Part shown: piece by piece, positions 1-12,969 of the stretch | How positions within the stretch are numbered: position 1 is the stretch's first letter | How the letters are laid out: every line of letters begins with the position of its first letter | Source: Amphiscolops sp. MND2022 | Lineage: Eukaryota | Direction of reading: 5' to 3' | DNA: 64,000 nt | NCBI GenBank assembly: GCA_964187785.1 | Contig: OZ076420.1 | Span: forward strand, 45,880,001-45,944,000 | Translations under genes and position numbers: made by a program | Notes under the pieces: generated by a model | The model's database searches: none | The model's input: only the letters and a program-made list of their open reading frames with translations | Told to the model about the DNA's origin: nothing

Positions 1-874
1 AATGAATCCCGTTGTTTTAACTTGAGGTATTAGTACTAACAAGTCGTCATCGCCTTGTTGTCGTTTCGTTAAGGAATCACAAGGTTATTTATATCTGGTT
101 TATTACAAATTCGACATCTGAAATTTACGAATTGAGTGCCGCGGCTCTAACTGTAGAACTTCAAATCATCATAACTGAGCACTAGGTATGATAGTTATTG
201 AAATTTCAATGAAATTCGTTACAATTTTCACAACACGTAAATAATATTCCTTATAAGTTCTGTGTTTCGAATTTCTTACTTAACATTGATCGTAATCTTT
301 TCATTCTATCATTCTTCATGTCAATAACTTGCTTTTTACCGCCTCGTAAATTACAAATTTTTCATACGATTCAATGTTATAACTAAAAAGTTACTCATTT
401 CGTTGAATTAGCGAAAGTTGATATCGATATACAGTTGGCTAAAAAGCACTTTTTAGAGTCCTTGCTGATTTTTTACATCGTTTACTTTTATCCATTCATA
501 TTCCGAACTCAGCCTTTATGCAATATCCTGACCTATAATGACCTGACCTATAATGAAGTCCTGAAAACTGGAAAATATTCTGGGAACCTACAAAATTGAA
601 GTAAATTCAACAAACATCGACCACATCTAACCAAATCTATGGTCATATAAATGTTCCCAATTTCGGTTATTTTTTGATCTTATTCCGCTTTTGACCCAGT
701 TTTTCGACATAATCTGGGTCTCACCTTTCATTTCTAGTTGAAATTTTGATTCTTACTGTATACAAACTGCAAAAAACGGGCAACGCTTATCAAAGATTAC
801 GTTACACAGCTTAGTTGTTACATAATAGTGCTGCGTAAAAGCATTACGTAAATCGTGACGTAATCTTGTTGCAG

Positions 875-997
875 AGGAGGAGTAGCGCTGTGTCTGAACC
901 CGCAAGGAAGACGCAACGGAGAGGCGCTCGTCAGATTCGCCAACTCCACTCATCGAGACATGGCCCTCATGCGGCACAAAAGACACATGGGATCCAG
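875..997 (+). CDS. ESRP: ESRP exon, second half of RRM1 (absent from the ORF track)
   Basis: ttgcag|A GGA GGA GTA GCG CTG TGT...GGA TCC AG|gttagt; [41 protein letters not shown]; 123 nt, phase 2-2. Confidence 0.93.
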
Positions 998-3900
998 GTT
1001 AGTTCTTGCACAAACTTCGAAATTTTCACAAACTCGGACGAAAACCAACTGAAACATTCTTCTCAATCATTAGTTGTACTCTGGTCAGCTCCGCGATTTT
1101 CATATTATCAATTCTTGCTTTGAGAGGTCAACGTTTCATATTAGAAAGTCTTTGAAAAAGTCAGAGAAATGTGAAGTAGCAAACTGAAAAGCAATCAAGC
1201 ATCCGGAATTGATGAAACTTTACAGATCTTTAGGTGTGAGTGGAAAAGGATGTATCAATCAAACAAGCCAAACTTTGTTACAGGAGGCGCAAGGACACTG
1301 CTATATATTTTGTATTTTGCTCTAAAAGGCCATTGGAAAAAAGACAGTACTTACAGAACTCAATTGTTTGAAAACGAAAAAACAACGGAACAGACTCAAC
1401 AAAAATGCCACCAATAATCTAACAATACGGGAACGTCTGAAGTTGGCGCGATATCTAAGGATCAAAAAGCGCAAAGTTTTTGAAATACGCCTGGATGTTT
1501 TTATGAAAAGCTCAGAAAAGCTCAGGTTTCGAGATACCCAAAGGGTGCCTTTCATGCTCGATAAGACTCGGAAACCAACCACTTTTCCCCCAACTGGAAA
1601 CAAAAAACATGGAGTCCTCTATGCAAGCAAAACGTTTCGTTTCGATAAAACCAATTACAACAATGTCGCATAGAAAAAACGACGGTCTTAAAGAAACAAA
1701 GAAACAAACAAAAGTCGAAAATGGCGTGCTGGTTCACTGAGAAACGAAAATAAAAACTCAAATTTTAAAACAAAAAAACAATAAGTTTGAAAAATCTGGA
1801 CTTCTTGAAAATCCAGTTTGTTGCAAAATATCAAAAAAATTGAAGTGGGACCATTTGGAGACCTCAAAAATTTTCTTTAAAAAAATGAGAATTGAGAATT
1901 TTGAACAGTGTCACAATGCAGAAAAATGTAAATGGGGGACCCTTTCGGATTTTTTAACATCCATTCTGTTGCAAAATATCGAAGAAATAGAAGGTGTAAT
2001 CCAAAATTTTTCGAAAAAGTTTTAGTGTCGAAAAATCTAAGATAGCCAAAGGAGGAACCTTAGAATGTTTTCGATGTCCTGGACGTCGATTTTTCTTGTT
2101 TTGGTTAAGTTGCTTACGTTTCGATTGTTTTGAACATCTGTAGTTCAAGTTGTTGAACAAATGAACAAAAAAGTGGACCTTACGCGTATACAAAACTACC
2201 CACTGTAAGAGTCGGGCACTTTTCTCCAAAACGCCGACTAAATACCAGCTCACGCATTATTGTATATAGGGTCCTAAAGAGCAATTGAAAATATAACATT
2301 CCTCTGCTTATTAGTTCATCCTCTACATGACCTAATTCGGAACAGTCATTAATTTGGATGAACCGAATTGTTGTAGTCATATAAGTTCTGTCGCAATACA
2401 GTATTAGCATAGTTGTATTTTGGAACAAACAAAAGTAATCGACTCCTGCCAAGACAAAATATATAGGCAATAACGTCAACATTTCGGATATAGTATTTTC
2501 TTCATTGAGATAAATATCATCCGAAATAGGTTCTATCATAGTTCAAGTTTAAACGTTATAGAAGCTAGACATGGGTTTGTTGTGAACTCGAACGCTGGGA
2601 GAACTATTGGCGAAAAAAAATCCAAATGGGGATCTTGCAGTGTAAAAAAAAGACGGAAAATATCAAAAAACCCAAATTTGTGACTTTGTTGCAAACTGCG
2701 AAAAATACTCAAAGGTGTGACTCATTAGGCTCAGAAAACGTAGTTTGGCAACTGAAAACATCAGAAAATGAAAGCATTGAAGCTCAAATGAAAAGAAAAA
2801 ACTTAAAGGAAAGATATATACCCGTATTCTTTGCTAAGTTAGTTCCAACAAGTTTCTTCATATGAAAGCAAGCAACAATAAACACGTTGTCTATAACATA
2901 TTATGTTGAAGAAAACCATTCTGATACAATGTGATCGCCAAACTCACTGCTTCGAAAAACTGACATTGCAAGATCGTAAAAAACTCCAACCAATGCTTCC
3001 AATTGTTGCCATATTCAGGATATTTTTTCCGAGCAACTTGATAAAAGTTGATAACAACAAGTTGAGATTTCACGCATGGAAGTCTGTAAGTGTGACTGTG
3101 CAGACATTTCGATACAGGTACATTGAGGTGTACAAGAGTTCGGCGGAGGATTTCTGGAAGATAGCGGCGGACCCCAACAACGAAGCCATTGGATTCTTAT
3201 CTCACGGGGACAACATTATCATCAAAATGAGAGGACTCCCTTTTACGGCCAACGCCGATGACGTGGTCAGTTCACATTCCTGTTTTTTCTTTGGTTTTTG
3301 AAATTTATTTCAAGAAAGTTTCATTTGTGGAAAAATTGAGGTAACTATTTGCCAATTTCACCAGTCCAAGAGGAACCAATTCAATGGAACTGGAAAAACT
3401 CAAAAGTATCACCTTCTGTTCAAAAATTTGTGGTTGTTATCAAGTTCTGTTTTGACTTGCTATTCGGAAGAGAACTCGATAACAATCAGAATTACAAACA
3501 AAAGTTTGAACATTTAACCACGCATTTTCTTCCAGATTAGAATGTTAAAAAGAAAAATACAACCAAAAAATTGAAACATAATTTGAAGTTAAAAATTTCC
3601 ACAAACGTCAACTTTCGAGTTGCTCTGTCGCTTTTTGATAAAAGTCGAAAACTATCTTGTAATTAACTCTTGTTCGACATAATGCACTGTTCACGTATGT
3701 CAAAATCTAGATCAACCATATTTGGCCATCTTTAACAAGGTTCTCAGAAAAACAGTGAAGAAGTATATTTCCTTCCATATATGGTTGTTGCATCCGTGCC
3801 TAGATCGAGTTTTTCGGACCCAACCTGCCAATTGTGGGTGAGAAAGAGGGGATCCTGTTCGTGAAGTACCCAGACGGTAGGTCAACAGGGGACGCGTTTG

Positions 3901-6900
3901 TTCAGTTCGAGACTGAAGATTTGGCGAAGGAGGCTCTCAAATTGCACAAGGCCAACATCAGAGACCGATACATTGAGCTCTTCAGGTCAACAGCTGCTGA
4001 AGTTGTCCAGGTCAGTTGAGGTGACCTTTTAGTTGACCTTTATGGGTCTAAAAGTTGACCCTGTATAGTCGACTGAATAGCTTCAGAAAATTGTTTTAAA
4101 ATGATTTATAATTCAATAATTGGATTTCTGAAAAGTGTTTTCGTTGAATTAGTTGTCGGTAAACACCAAGTTGACGTAAGTTTCATGGCATGATCCGCCT
4201 AACTTCATGGTATTTTTTGAGTGAATTTTTGAGGTCATTTTTTGAAATTGAAATTCTGAGCATGTTTCACAAAAATTGTTAACTCTAAAACTCAAAAAAT
4301 GTGAAACTTAGTGAGCAAAACATTCACAATACACATCTGCCACCGAATAAACTATCCTATTAAACGTTTAACTCCCACCCACGGTAACAGCCTTCTCCTT
4401 GGTATGTCTGAAACCATTATGCCCATTGGATCCATCATTTTTCTAGGTCATGAAGAAGTTCTCAAACCCCCCTCTCCTGCCCAACGGACCCCCCAACATG
4501 GGAAATGGGGCTCAGGTCGGGCCCAACCTGAATCCCTCTCATACCCTGGGGTCTATTAACCCCGCCATGGCAGCAGTAGCAGCCGCCAATGCCATGAATC
4601 TCTTCCCCATGATTGGCAACCTGCTACCCTCCACCAAAAGTTGTCTTCTATTACGTAATCTGCCCATTTCGGTCAAGGTAGAAGACATAATCTCTCTTCT
4701 TGGGGAGTTCGCAGAGTCTATCAGACCAGCTGGTATTCACATGGTTTTGAATCCTCACGTAAGTTTCACAAAAACTTAATTTACAAAATTTTACAAGTAA
4801 ATTTTGCTCTATTTTTTACTCAGTTTTCTTTTGGAAGCATCATTTGAATTGAAACATTTTCTTATGTCTGATTTCAAAAAAAAGGGGTTCGTATACTCAT
4901 ATTAACGTGGAACCCGGTCGGTAAAAAATCTTGACATTTTTAAATCAACTTGGTAAGTCTAAACTGGCTCAAGCAAAATTCGATCAAAAATCACGAAGTA
5001 ATGCAGAAACTCTCAAGCCAGAAAACAATCACAAAATAAATGATCGAGAGCTCAAAATGTATCAAATTGTATCAATATTGCATCAAAATGTCAAAATGTA
5101 TCAAATTATATCAATATTGTACCAAAATGTATCAAATTATGTCAATATTGCATCAAAATGTATCAAATTTTATCAAAATTGTATCAAAATGAATCAAATT
5201 ATATCAATATTGTATCAAATTATGTCAATATTGCATCAAAATGTATCAAATTATATCAAAATTGTATCAAAATGAATCAAATTATATCAATATTGTATCA
5301 AAATGTATGAAATTATATCAATATTGTATCAAATTATGTCAATATTGCATCAAAATGTATCAAATTATATCAAAATTGTATCAAAATGAATCAAATTATA
5401 TCAATATTGCATTAAATTGTATCAAATTACATCAATATGGATGAAATGTTGACATTCGATTGTTACAGGGCCGACCGAGTGGCGACTGTTTCATTCAGAT
5501 GCATTCGGATATCCGAGCTGCGGCTGCTGCCCTCGGCTGCAATGGCAAGACCCTGGGAGATCACAAAATCCAGGTCACGCAATGCTCGCCAGACGAGATG
5601 AACGCCTTCTTCGTCGAAGGTGCGTCTCTTGAAGTATTAGCCAATCAGATTTGTGCAACTGACCCCACCCTCTCTTCTGCTATCTTGGCTGCAAACCAGT
5701 CGGCTCAAACCCAACAAAACCACACCTTGTTGAATTTAAACATGGGGGGTGTTGGGTGTCTAAACGGTATGGGTGGTGCAAGTCTTAATGCAGCAACTTC
5801 TGCAATTCCCTCAAACCTAATTTCATCTTCTTCTATCCCTTTATCAACTGCAATTTTCCCCGTATCTCTTCCCTCTGAATTATCACCTCTCTCAGCGGCC
5901 GCAGCTCTGCAACAGGGCAACTCAGTGACATCATCACACCACCAAGTGACGTCACTGATGACGTCAGCAGGAGCTATGACGTCACAGCTCAACCTCGTCA
6001 CTCCTCCCTCTTCTCCCCCCAGAGCCCGCTGAATCTTGCTCAACCTGTTTCCATTGGTACGAAGGGTACTTCTTTTCTTCTGTCTCCTATTCAACTCTCC
6101 CAGCGTTTGGCATTGTTGAACAATTATTACACCTCAATAGTTGCAATACTTTATAAGTCGATGGTTGGAGGAAATAACATCCAAAATTACTTGTTGTAAT
6201 TTAAGTCCAATAAAAGTCCTCCATGAAAATAATTTGATAAGTAAAAAAACTATTGCAATTTTTGTCAAAAATTTCGTCAAATCCAACCACTGCACAGGTA
6301 ATGGCACGTCGCTCCGCCTTGCTTTTTTGCTGCATTGAGGGCACTAGAGTTATGTGACTTTGGCATATAACGATTGCCTTCTTGGGACCTTATTAACTGT
6401 AAACACTTCTGGACGTCTATACAATCTAGAAAAATTCAATGATTTCGCGAGGCGGAAATTTCGTCGCCAGAAATTTCGTCGTTAGAAATTTCGTCGTAGG
6501 AAATTTCGTCGTATTAGCAAATACAGAAATTTCGTCGTCAGAAATTTTGCCGTCGGAAATTTCGTCGTATTGATAAAAATTAACAGCGTTCGCGAAAAGA
6601 GATTATTTGAAATATTAAATTATTTAATTATTAAAATAATATCTTGACAAGTTTCAAGTTTCTTATCAAATCGCTTATTGAGCAATGGTACAATTTAGGC
6701 TTGTTCCGGAGATGATTTCTTGCTTCTTTTGTCAAAAAAAATATCAAAAATACCGGGAAAGTTTTGCTTCAAGTATCGAAACAGCTTCTTGTTGGGAGGG
6801 GGATAAGAAACAATGTATATCTGGGGTGGGAGGGATGAGGAACATGGTCCGAAACTTTTTCTGTTAAAACCATTACTAAAAGTCAATAATAGCAATAAGT

Positions 6901-9900
6901 GCACAATTATCGATAATTATTAAGATACTTATCAAGACTCGATAAATTATGAGACATCAATAATATTGGACAATTTCTAATAGCTTAGAAAAAATGCGAC
7001 GTTTTATAGAGCGTAATTTCCGACGACAAAATTTCCGACGACAAAATTTCCGACGACGAAATTTCTGGTAATCAATGATTTCATGTGGTATCGATGCTAA
7101 ATGATCGAAAGAAAGACCACGAAATATGACAAAATATAATCATTTGGGACAGTAAGCTCGTTCAAGAAGAGCTAAACGCCAAGACATTGCTAAAACTTTT
7201 TCAAATGTTCGAGATACCAAACGCTGCTTACCATTCTGGATCTTTTTTATCTTCGGTGATTGGGATTTTTTTCAGATTGGGGATTTTGGGATGCACTTTT
7301 CACGGGGAGTGTTTAATACTGCAGTTTTTAGCTTCAGTGGAATGGCAATCTCTTTTAGTGTTTATAAATTTTTCCCCATTTTTTTTCAAATCTTTTCAAT
7401 ATTTTCATCATTTCTTCACATGAGATAAAATACAAACATTTTTGTGTTAATATGTGTCTCCTAATTTCCAGAACTCAGATAGCCCCAGAACTAATTTCTT
7501 TCATATGAGATAAAATACAAACATTTTTGTGTTAATATGTGTCTCCTAATTTCCAGAACTCAGATAGCCGACTCTATTGGTTCATTCAAATCATTTATTG
7601 TTCCTTATATTCTCTTCTCCTAGATTCCAAGATCCCCTTCGGTCTCAAAACTTTAAAACTATTTAAATCTTTAATTAATTGTAAACACCCTTCGTTCCCA
7701 ACTGAATGAGACTCCCAATCTTTGATTTTACGTAATAATCAACTTTAATCCTATTTTGCGAATTTGAAAGTGCAAAAAGATTTTTTTGACCGAAGATGAA
7801 GATTCATCTTTCGAAGACTTTGTGCCATTATCTGCAAAGACTTTCTTGCTATCGAAAAATTTTCACATCAAAGTCTTATTTTCCAAAAAGGGATGGTATA
7901 TATGCGGAGCCTATAGGTATAAAAAGCCTATAAATGCGGAGCGTCGCGTTTAGGTATTATCTCTTCAATTTTGATAATCCGATGTCCGAATAAGATAAGA
8001 TATCTTGTTTTGTTTAAAAACGATGAGATTGAAATCATGTTTTAATTTGAGAGAAGGGACTCTCTTTGTTGTATCAAACCAAGTAAATAACACAGTTTTA
8101 CTCCAGTTTTACACCTACCTCCCCCCCAACAAATGGCGTCAAAAACCCTGCTAAAGAGCAATGTTCTTATCCAGGTACCATAGCACCGCCCAGTGTACCT
8201 CCAATCTTCCAAATTCCGGGTCTTTTCCCGAACTTGTTCCAATCCGGAGCACACGTAGGAGCGAACAACCCCTTACTGGCCCAGGCAGCAGCCTTGAGAA
8301 ACAACCAGAACTGCGCTACCAATGTCTCACCTCATTTGTTGCAGCCAGGGGGTCACGCCGCAGGTTGGAAAAAAAGTTACAAATTTAATCAAATAAGATT
8401 ACAAAGAATCAAATCAATTTTTGAAATTTTTGTCATCAATAGGAGCAGCATTGAAAAGAAAGAAAAGAAAAGTTAATTTTCCAGATGTCATGAATAGTAT
8501 AATTTATAATAAACACAAGGCAAAACATGAACATCCCAAACGGACGAGGAATGAGCTTAATCGCTCTTCAAGTCCTCGCCCTCAAGAACCAATTTTTAAC
8601 ACTTTCATTCATTATTTAAATTTTTGAAGTACGAATACACAATTCTCACTTAGAACAGAACACACTATAATTCAATTACATTATCTATTTCACATTGAGT
8701 TTTCTCGAGAGCTATAACAAGCATAAATGGCTTTGTACTTCAAAAGTTCTGTCCAAGACTTACTTGGGTATTTCCCAAAACATTTACACGCTGAATGCAT
8801 GAATTCTGAATGTTTTTACATTTTTTGCATGTTTTTTGCAAAAATCATTGATGTTTCAGGCGCAGCAGCAGCGGCGGCGGCAGCAGCAGCGGCCATGTAC
8901 ATTCCAAATGCAGCGGCTGCTCAGACATATCATCAGTTGACTCCCCCCGTGTCTCCCCATAACTCCCTTCTGTACGGACAGCCCAACTTCACCGCCGTCA
9001 AGATGAAGGGTCTTCCCACAGACGCCACTGTTCAAGACGTCATGACGTTTTTCAGCGATTACATAGTTAGTCAGATCGGCAAAATTATTTTATTGTTACT
9101 TACCAGAACTGCGCCACTTTTGAGTTGTCTGTTTCAAATATAGAAATAGAATCAAATACGAATTCAGAATCGAAATTTAGAGTCGAGTTAATTTTTTGAG
9201 TCGAGTTAATAAGCATTGAATTAAACAGAATCCTGAATGGTATATTTCATATAAATTTTTCGGAAAAGAAATTGATTGAATGATTTGGCCTTCCTCCTAT
9301 GGAGCGACCTCCACTGAAGTAGTCGTAGTGGCACGTCGCTTCAATTCCCACCTGCTTTTAGTGAATTTGATGCACGAGTTTTAAAAATGCTCCATTTTTG
9401 ATCTCGGAATATTTTAGAACTACACGAGCCTAAAGAATTTTGCAACCTTTTCAAATAACTCCACTCTACCTAACAATTCCACTTTTGGTGAGGTATCTAT
9501 TAATGAAGCGTATTTTAGTTATAGTGGAACGTCGTAGACCTCTGATTTGCTTTGAAGTGTTTTTCGGTACTATTAGACCGTTATTTTTGACCAAAAAAGG
9601 TCCTGTGATTACTGAATTTGATAAAATATGATTAAAAAATTAAATGGGACACCATTGACAAACTTCAGTGGGGTCACAAAAATTGATACGGGATTTTTGT
9701 ATCTTCTCATATCTGGCCCCAAAATAGGATGTTTTCATGAAGAACCACAGATAACTGGATCGTTTTTAACCAACCCTTTGTTTTCCAGATTCCGGAACAC
9801 GCCATTCAGCCAGTGATCAACCAACATGGAAAAGCTACCGGGGAGTGCTCTGTCATGTTCTGGTCCCTGGAAATTGCTAAGCAGGTTGTGGCCGAAAAGG

Positions 9901-9947
9901 ACAAATCCAGGATCCGAAACCACGTGATCGAATTGTCAGTCGTCTGA
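875..9947 (+). CDS. ESRP: ESRP/fusilli-family RNA-binding splicing regulator, 5'-truncated; exons 875-997, 3118-3265, 3804-4010, 4447-4758, 5469-5619 (or longer, see findings), 8175-8363, 8860-9065, 9789-9947
   Basis: The spliced translation gives ESRP-type qRRM motifs [21 protein letters not shown]...[17 protein letters not shown]...[12 protein letters not shown]...[13 protein letters not shown] and CLLLRNLP...GIHMVLNPH|[11 protein letters not shown]. Every junction is GT-AG with matching phase. The start of RRM1 and the N-terminus lie upstream of the window. Confidence 0.93.
3118..3265 (+). CDS. ESRP: ESRP exon, end of RRM1 and start of RRM2
   Basis: tacag|G TAC ATT GAG...GAC GTG|gtcagt; phase 2-0. 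Confidence 0.93.
3804..4010 (+). CDS. ESRP: ESRP exon, RRM2
   Basis: cctag|ATC GAG TTT...GTC CAG|gtcagt; 207 nt, phase 0-0. Confidence 0.93.
4447..4758 (+). CDS. ESRP: ESRP exon, linker and first half of RRM3
   Basis: ttctag|GTC ATG AAG...CCT CAC|gtaagt; 312 nt, phase 0-0. Confidence 0.92.
5053..5438. repeat. Intronic tandem array of degenerate 10-11-bp units (AATGTATCAAA / ATTATATCAAT / ATTGTATCAAA)
   Basis: About 35 consecutive related units are visible. The array generates the spurious ORFs 4931..5275 and 5241..5444. Confidence 0.92.
5469..5619 (+). CDS. ESRP: ESRP exon, second half of RRM3 (short form; the ORF stays open to 6032)
   Basis: ttacag|GGC CGA CCG AGT GGC GAC...GTC GAA G|gtgcgt; the phase-1 donor matches the phase-1 acceptor at 8175. 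Confidence 0.85.
6447..7071. mobile_element. Foldback/MITE-like element with inverted subterminal arrays of GAAATTTCGTCG(N)2-3
   Basis: About 7 units at 6455-6570 on +, inverted units (CGACGACAAAATTTC) at about 7016-7066; flanked by the 11-bp direct repeat TCAATGATTTC (6436-6446, 7072-7082). Confidence 0.7.
7421..7569. repeat. Local tandem duplication of 64 bp (period 85)
   Basis: tgagataaaatacaaacatt...gaactcagatagcc occurs at 7421-7484 and 7506-7569. Confidence 0.9.
8175..8363 (+). CDS. ESRP: ESRP exon, Pro/Gln/Ala-rich region; symmetric 189-nt exon
   Basis: atccag|GT ACC ATA GCA...GCC GCA G|gttgga; phase 1-1, open frame [15 protein letters not shown]... Confidence 0.75.
8860..9065 (+). 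CDS. ESRP: ESRP exon, poly-Ala, TPPVSP motif and first half of the C-terminal RRM
   Basis: tttcag|GC GCA GCA...TAC ATA|gttagt; [22 protein letters not shown] resembles the ESRP C-terminal RRM-like segment. Confidence 0.88.
9789..9947 (+). CDS. ESRP: ESRP terminal exon completing a fourth RRM (absent from the ORF track)
   Basis: ttccag|ATT CCG GAA...GTC GTC TGA; [52 protein letters not shown]; phase 0 matches the previous donor; the G-x-x-T-G-E-x-x-V-x-F pattern matches qRRMs. Confidence 0.88.
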   Translation: MPEHAIQPVINQHGKATGECSVMFWSLEIAKQVVAEKDKSRIRNHVIELSVV

Positions 9948-12900
9948 ACTTCCAAAAAGTCAACATTTAAAAATTCTTCAGTGAAATTTGTTCACACGCT
10001 CTCAACCTATTCGGTCACAAACAAAGGATGCAGTTTTGTTGCTTCCTTTTAAGGAAAATCTTATTAACGGAAATGTTCTTGACTATTGTTTTGTGGAAGG
10101 AGACAAACTCCAGAGTCTTTTAAGAAGTGACGAAATTCCGCCCGGTGCTAACTGCAGATATTACCAGTACGGTACGTTTCTGTCTTTACCAAACGAGTAA
10201 GCAGAGTTATACAAACAAACAAACAAAAGACTCAGACCAAAAATAAGCTTCTAAATTATACCCAATTACAATAATAACTTTAGTCTTATATAAAATTCCA
10301 ATAACAAATGTATTTGAATCAATTATAAATTTTATCCATTACCTTCTGTGGCATGCGTATTACCTTATACCTCTGAAATTGGTGGTAGTCAGTTTTGCCG
10401 AATTGTTATTTAGCCGAACTACGTTCGAGTGAACTTAGACAGGATTGAGTTCAAGAAAAAGTGAACAACGCAGTCGCTGAGCACTGATGTTGCTATGCTT
10501 CAGTTGACCGAACAATCCTATTGATAGTTTAGATTTTCATGTTTAATTGAAATTCAGCTCAAATAACAGTCGACATTTTGTCTTACCACCAATACAAACT
10601 CTCTTGCTAAGCACAGGGCTTCCTTTTTCTCTCAAGCTCCCAAACTGACCCAAATTTGTGCTTCCTCTAGCTTCATGAAAAATACATTTCTTATAAAGAT
10701 CTCTAAACATTGCTCTTTTTTGAAGTATTCTGTGTGCAAAACTAACTATTTTTTACTATTCTTGCAAAGATCATGAAAAATACTTCACTTCTTAGCATCT
10801 TGGAAGAAACATACAAAACTTCAATGATTTTTGAAGGAGCATGGATGATACTTTGAAAAAATGCATCTTTTTGAAAGAAGAGTATTTTTCTGACTCTAGG
10901 GTCCTTAGTCAGCGCAAGTCTGAGGGAGTTGAACTGTTTTCAAAGTAACTTTCCTCTTTTGTCATCATTGTGACGTCACCGGTGGCCTCAGGAATTCTAG
11001 CGCAAAGGCACCTCTCGAGTTTCCTTGTATCACTCATTCTCTGCATGTTGAAAGAGACTTACAAAAAAGCAAATCATTGGGACACATTCGCCCAAGAATT
11101 CTAGTGTACCTTTCTAACCCGGGTTGTTTGATTCGTTTTCCATTTTCAATTTCATTCATCTTAGCGTCTTTGTGGAAACTTGCTAGACGTTAATCAGTCA
11201 ATGACAATAAGTACCCCCCAAAGATTCCCAAACGCTGAAAAATTTTCTCAAAATGTAAAACTTTGCATTACTCGAAAATTTTGACGATATACCAGATGAA
11301 CTTCTTCTGTACATGTAGATGAAAAATGGTAATCTTACAATCCGGGTTTTGAATAAATGTATGTATCGCTTGCATGGATATTTAAAGGGTTCGTTTTCTG
11401 CTGAAAAATTGCTGTGTACGTAGTATACGTAGAAGGAATATTTTATTTGCGCCCAATTTGCTTAACACTCTTTGACCTTTTTTTTCAAACCTTGACCTCA
11501 AAGTTAAACGCGGGGTTTTTGATGTCACGATTCAGACGGAGAAAAGTTTGAAGCAAATTTTAGCCCAAATTTCTGTTATTATGATCAAAGTTTCAAACTT
11601 TCAAAATTCCAATTAATATTTTTTCACTCGGTTTGATATTTGATCATTCTTTTTCTCCGTTCAGGTGGGAATTTGTGATCCCTAATTTGTCATCAACCAT
11701 CGACTCCTTTTCAACAAGCAAAAACCTGTCCCTAAACCACCCCCACCCGCGCCTAGCATACGTACCAATTCTTTCAATTGCCATAAGTGCCTTCGTTTTT
11801 ATGCAAGAAGCGCACATTGCTTAGAAATTCTTTGTGCAATAATAATTTTTATTTCATGTGCATTTCAGTGCTTGATCAATGTATTGTTAAATAATGAACA
11901 CTTCATCAGCCCCTAAATTTTTAACTATCAATCTTCAACTTAAATTGCAAACTGTAATTTCTAAATTTCCTTCAAATTATTTCCTCAGAGCTATCATTTC
12001 TCATTGAAATGATCCTTACGACGACTCCAGATAACTTAATCGTGCTAGATTTATCTATAATTCAAGGAATACTTCCTGACTTTTATTCGAAACTTTTCTG
12101 AACTTTATTGATGCTTCTTATGTATTTGCTCCCATTTTTTTCCTAACAATTATACTTTGCGTTCGACTCAGAGCACATTATGAGAATAAATATATATATC
12201 GCTATAAATAAAGCAATTCTTTTTTATTATTTTTTTAATTTTCCGAGAAATAAAGTTTGAGATGAGAAGGTCAATTGTAAATGAAGTTTTCAATCCCTCA
12301 TGGTTCCGGAAGTATGAGAAGTACGACGATTTTCTGCCCTGTAAGGTAGACTAGTTATCTTTAACAAAATATTTTCAGAGTCTCAATAGTCATCCGTTAA
12401 AAACCAAAAAAAAGTTTCCTACCGGACATTGAAAAACTAAGAACATGAAAGATACCAAGTGTAATGTTCCGTTAAGAAGCTCAGAAACCCCCCGTCAACA
12501 GGGGAAATATTTCTCACTAAGATCCATTCACCATTTGAGTCTGCTGGAAAATTTTCCTTAATGACTTCAAGCCCACAAGCCTTTTTCTCACAAAACATGG
12601 AAAGTTCCAGGAGCTTGATTGGAAATAATTTGTAGTTCGGGAAAGTTTTTCAACTTTGTTAGCGTCACGGGAAAATTAAAATTGATAAAATCATAGCTAC
12701 ATTCAGATGTAAATCTTTGGCACGTTAAAACTTTCAAAACAGCATGGATTTGAAGCGCAATCAAATTTAAAATGATGCATAAACTTTCATGCAGCTTGAT
12801 AAAAGTCAATTAAACGAACGGAAACATTAGCAGATAGAAGTTTCGGTCGGAGTTTCATAAAATCAGGATAAATTTGCTTGTCAACGTACACGAACATATA

Positions 12901-12969
12901 AAACTTCAAGCAGTTTCAACCAAGGTCAATATTTGAACAAGAAACAAACCGACACTGGGTTGTTTTTAA

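Noticed and set aside
1322-2539. Several 60-120-aa ORFs in ESRP intron 1
   Set aside because: They overlap dispersed-repeat fragments, are Lys/Phe-biased, and show no splice-phase link or recognisable motif.
4931-5444. ORFs rich in [11 protein letters not shown] repeats
   Set aside because: They are translation products of the 10-11-bp tandem array.
6455-6570. Regularly spaced short repeats resembling a CRISPR array
   Set aside because: There are no unique 25-45-bp spacers and no cas genes, the context is a eukaryotic intron, and an inverted partner array indicates transposon subterminal repeats.
10060-12350. Isolated exon-like stretches (minus strand about 10900-11045 RMSDTRKLERCLCAR...; plus strand about 12260-12350 MRRSIVNEVFNPSWFRKY...|gt)
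   Set aside because: I could not link them into a phase-consistent gene or recognise a domain; RNA-seq would be needed.
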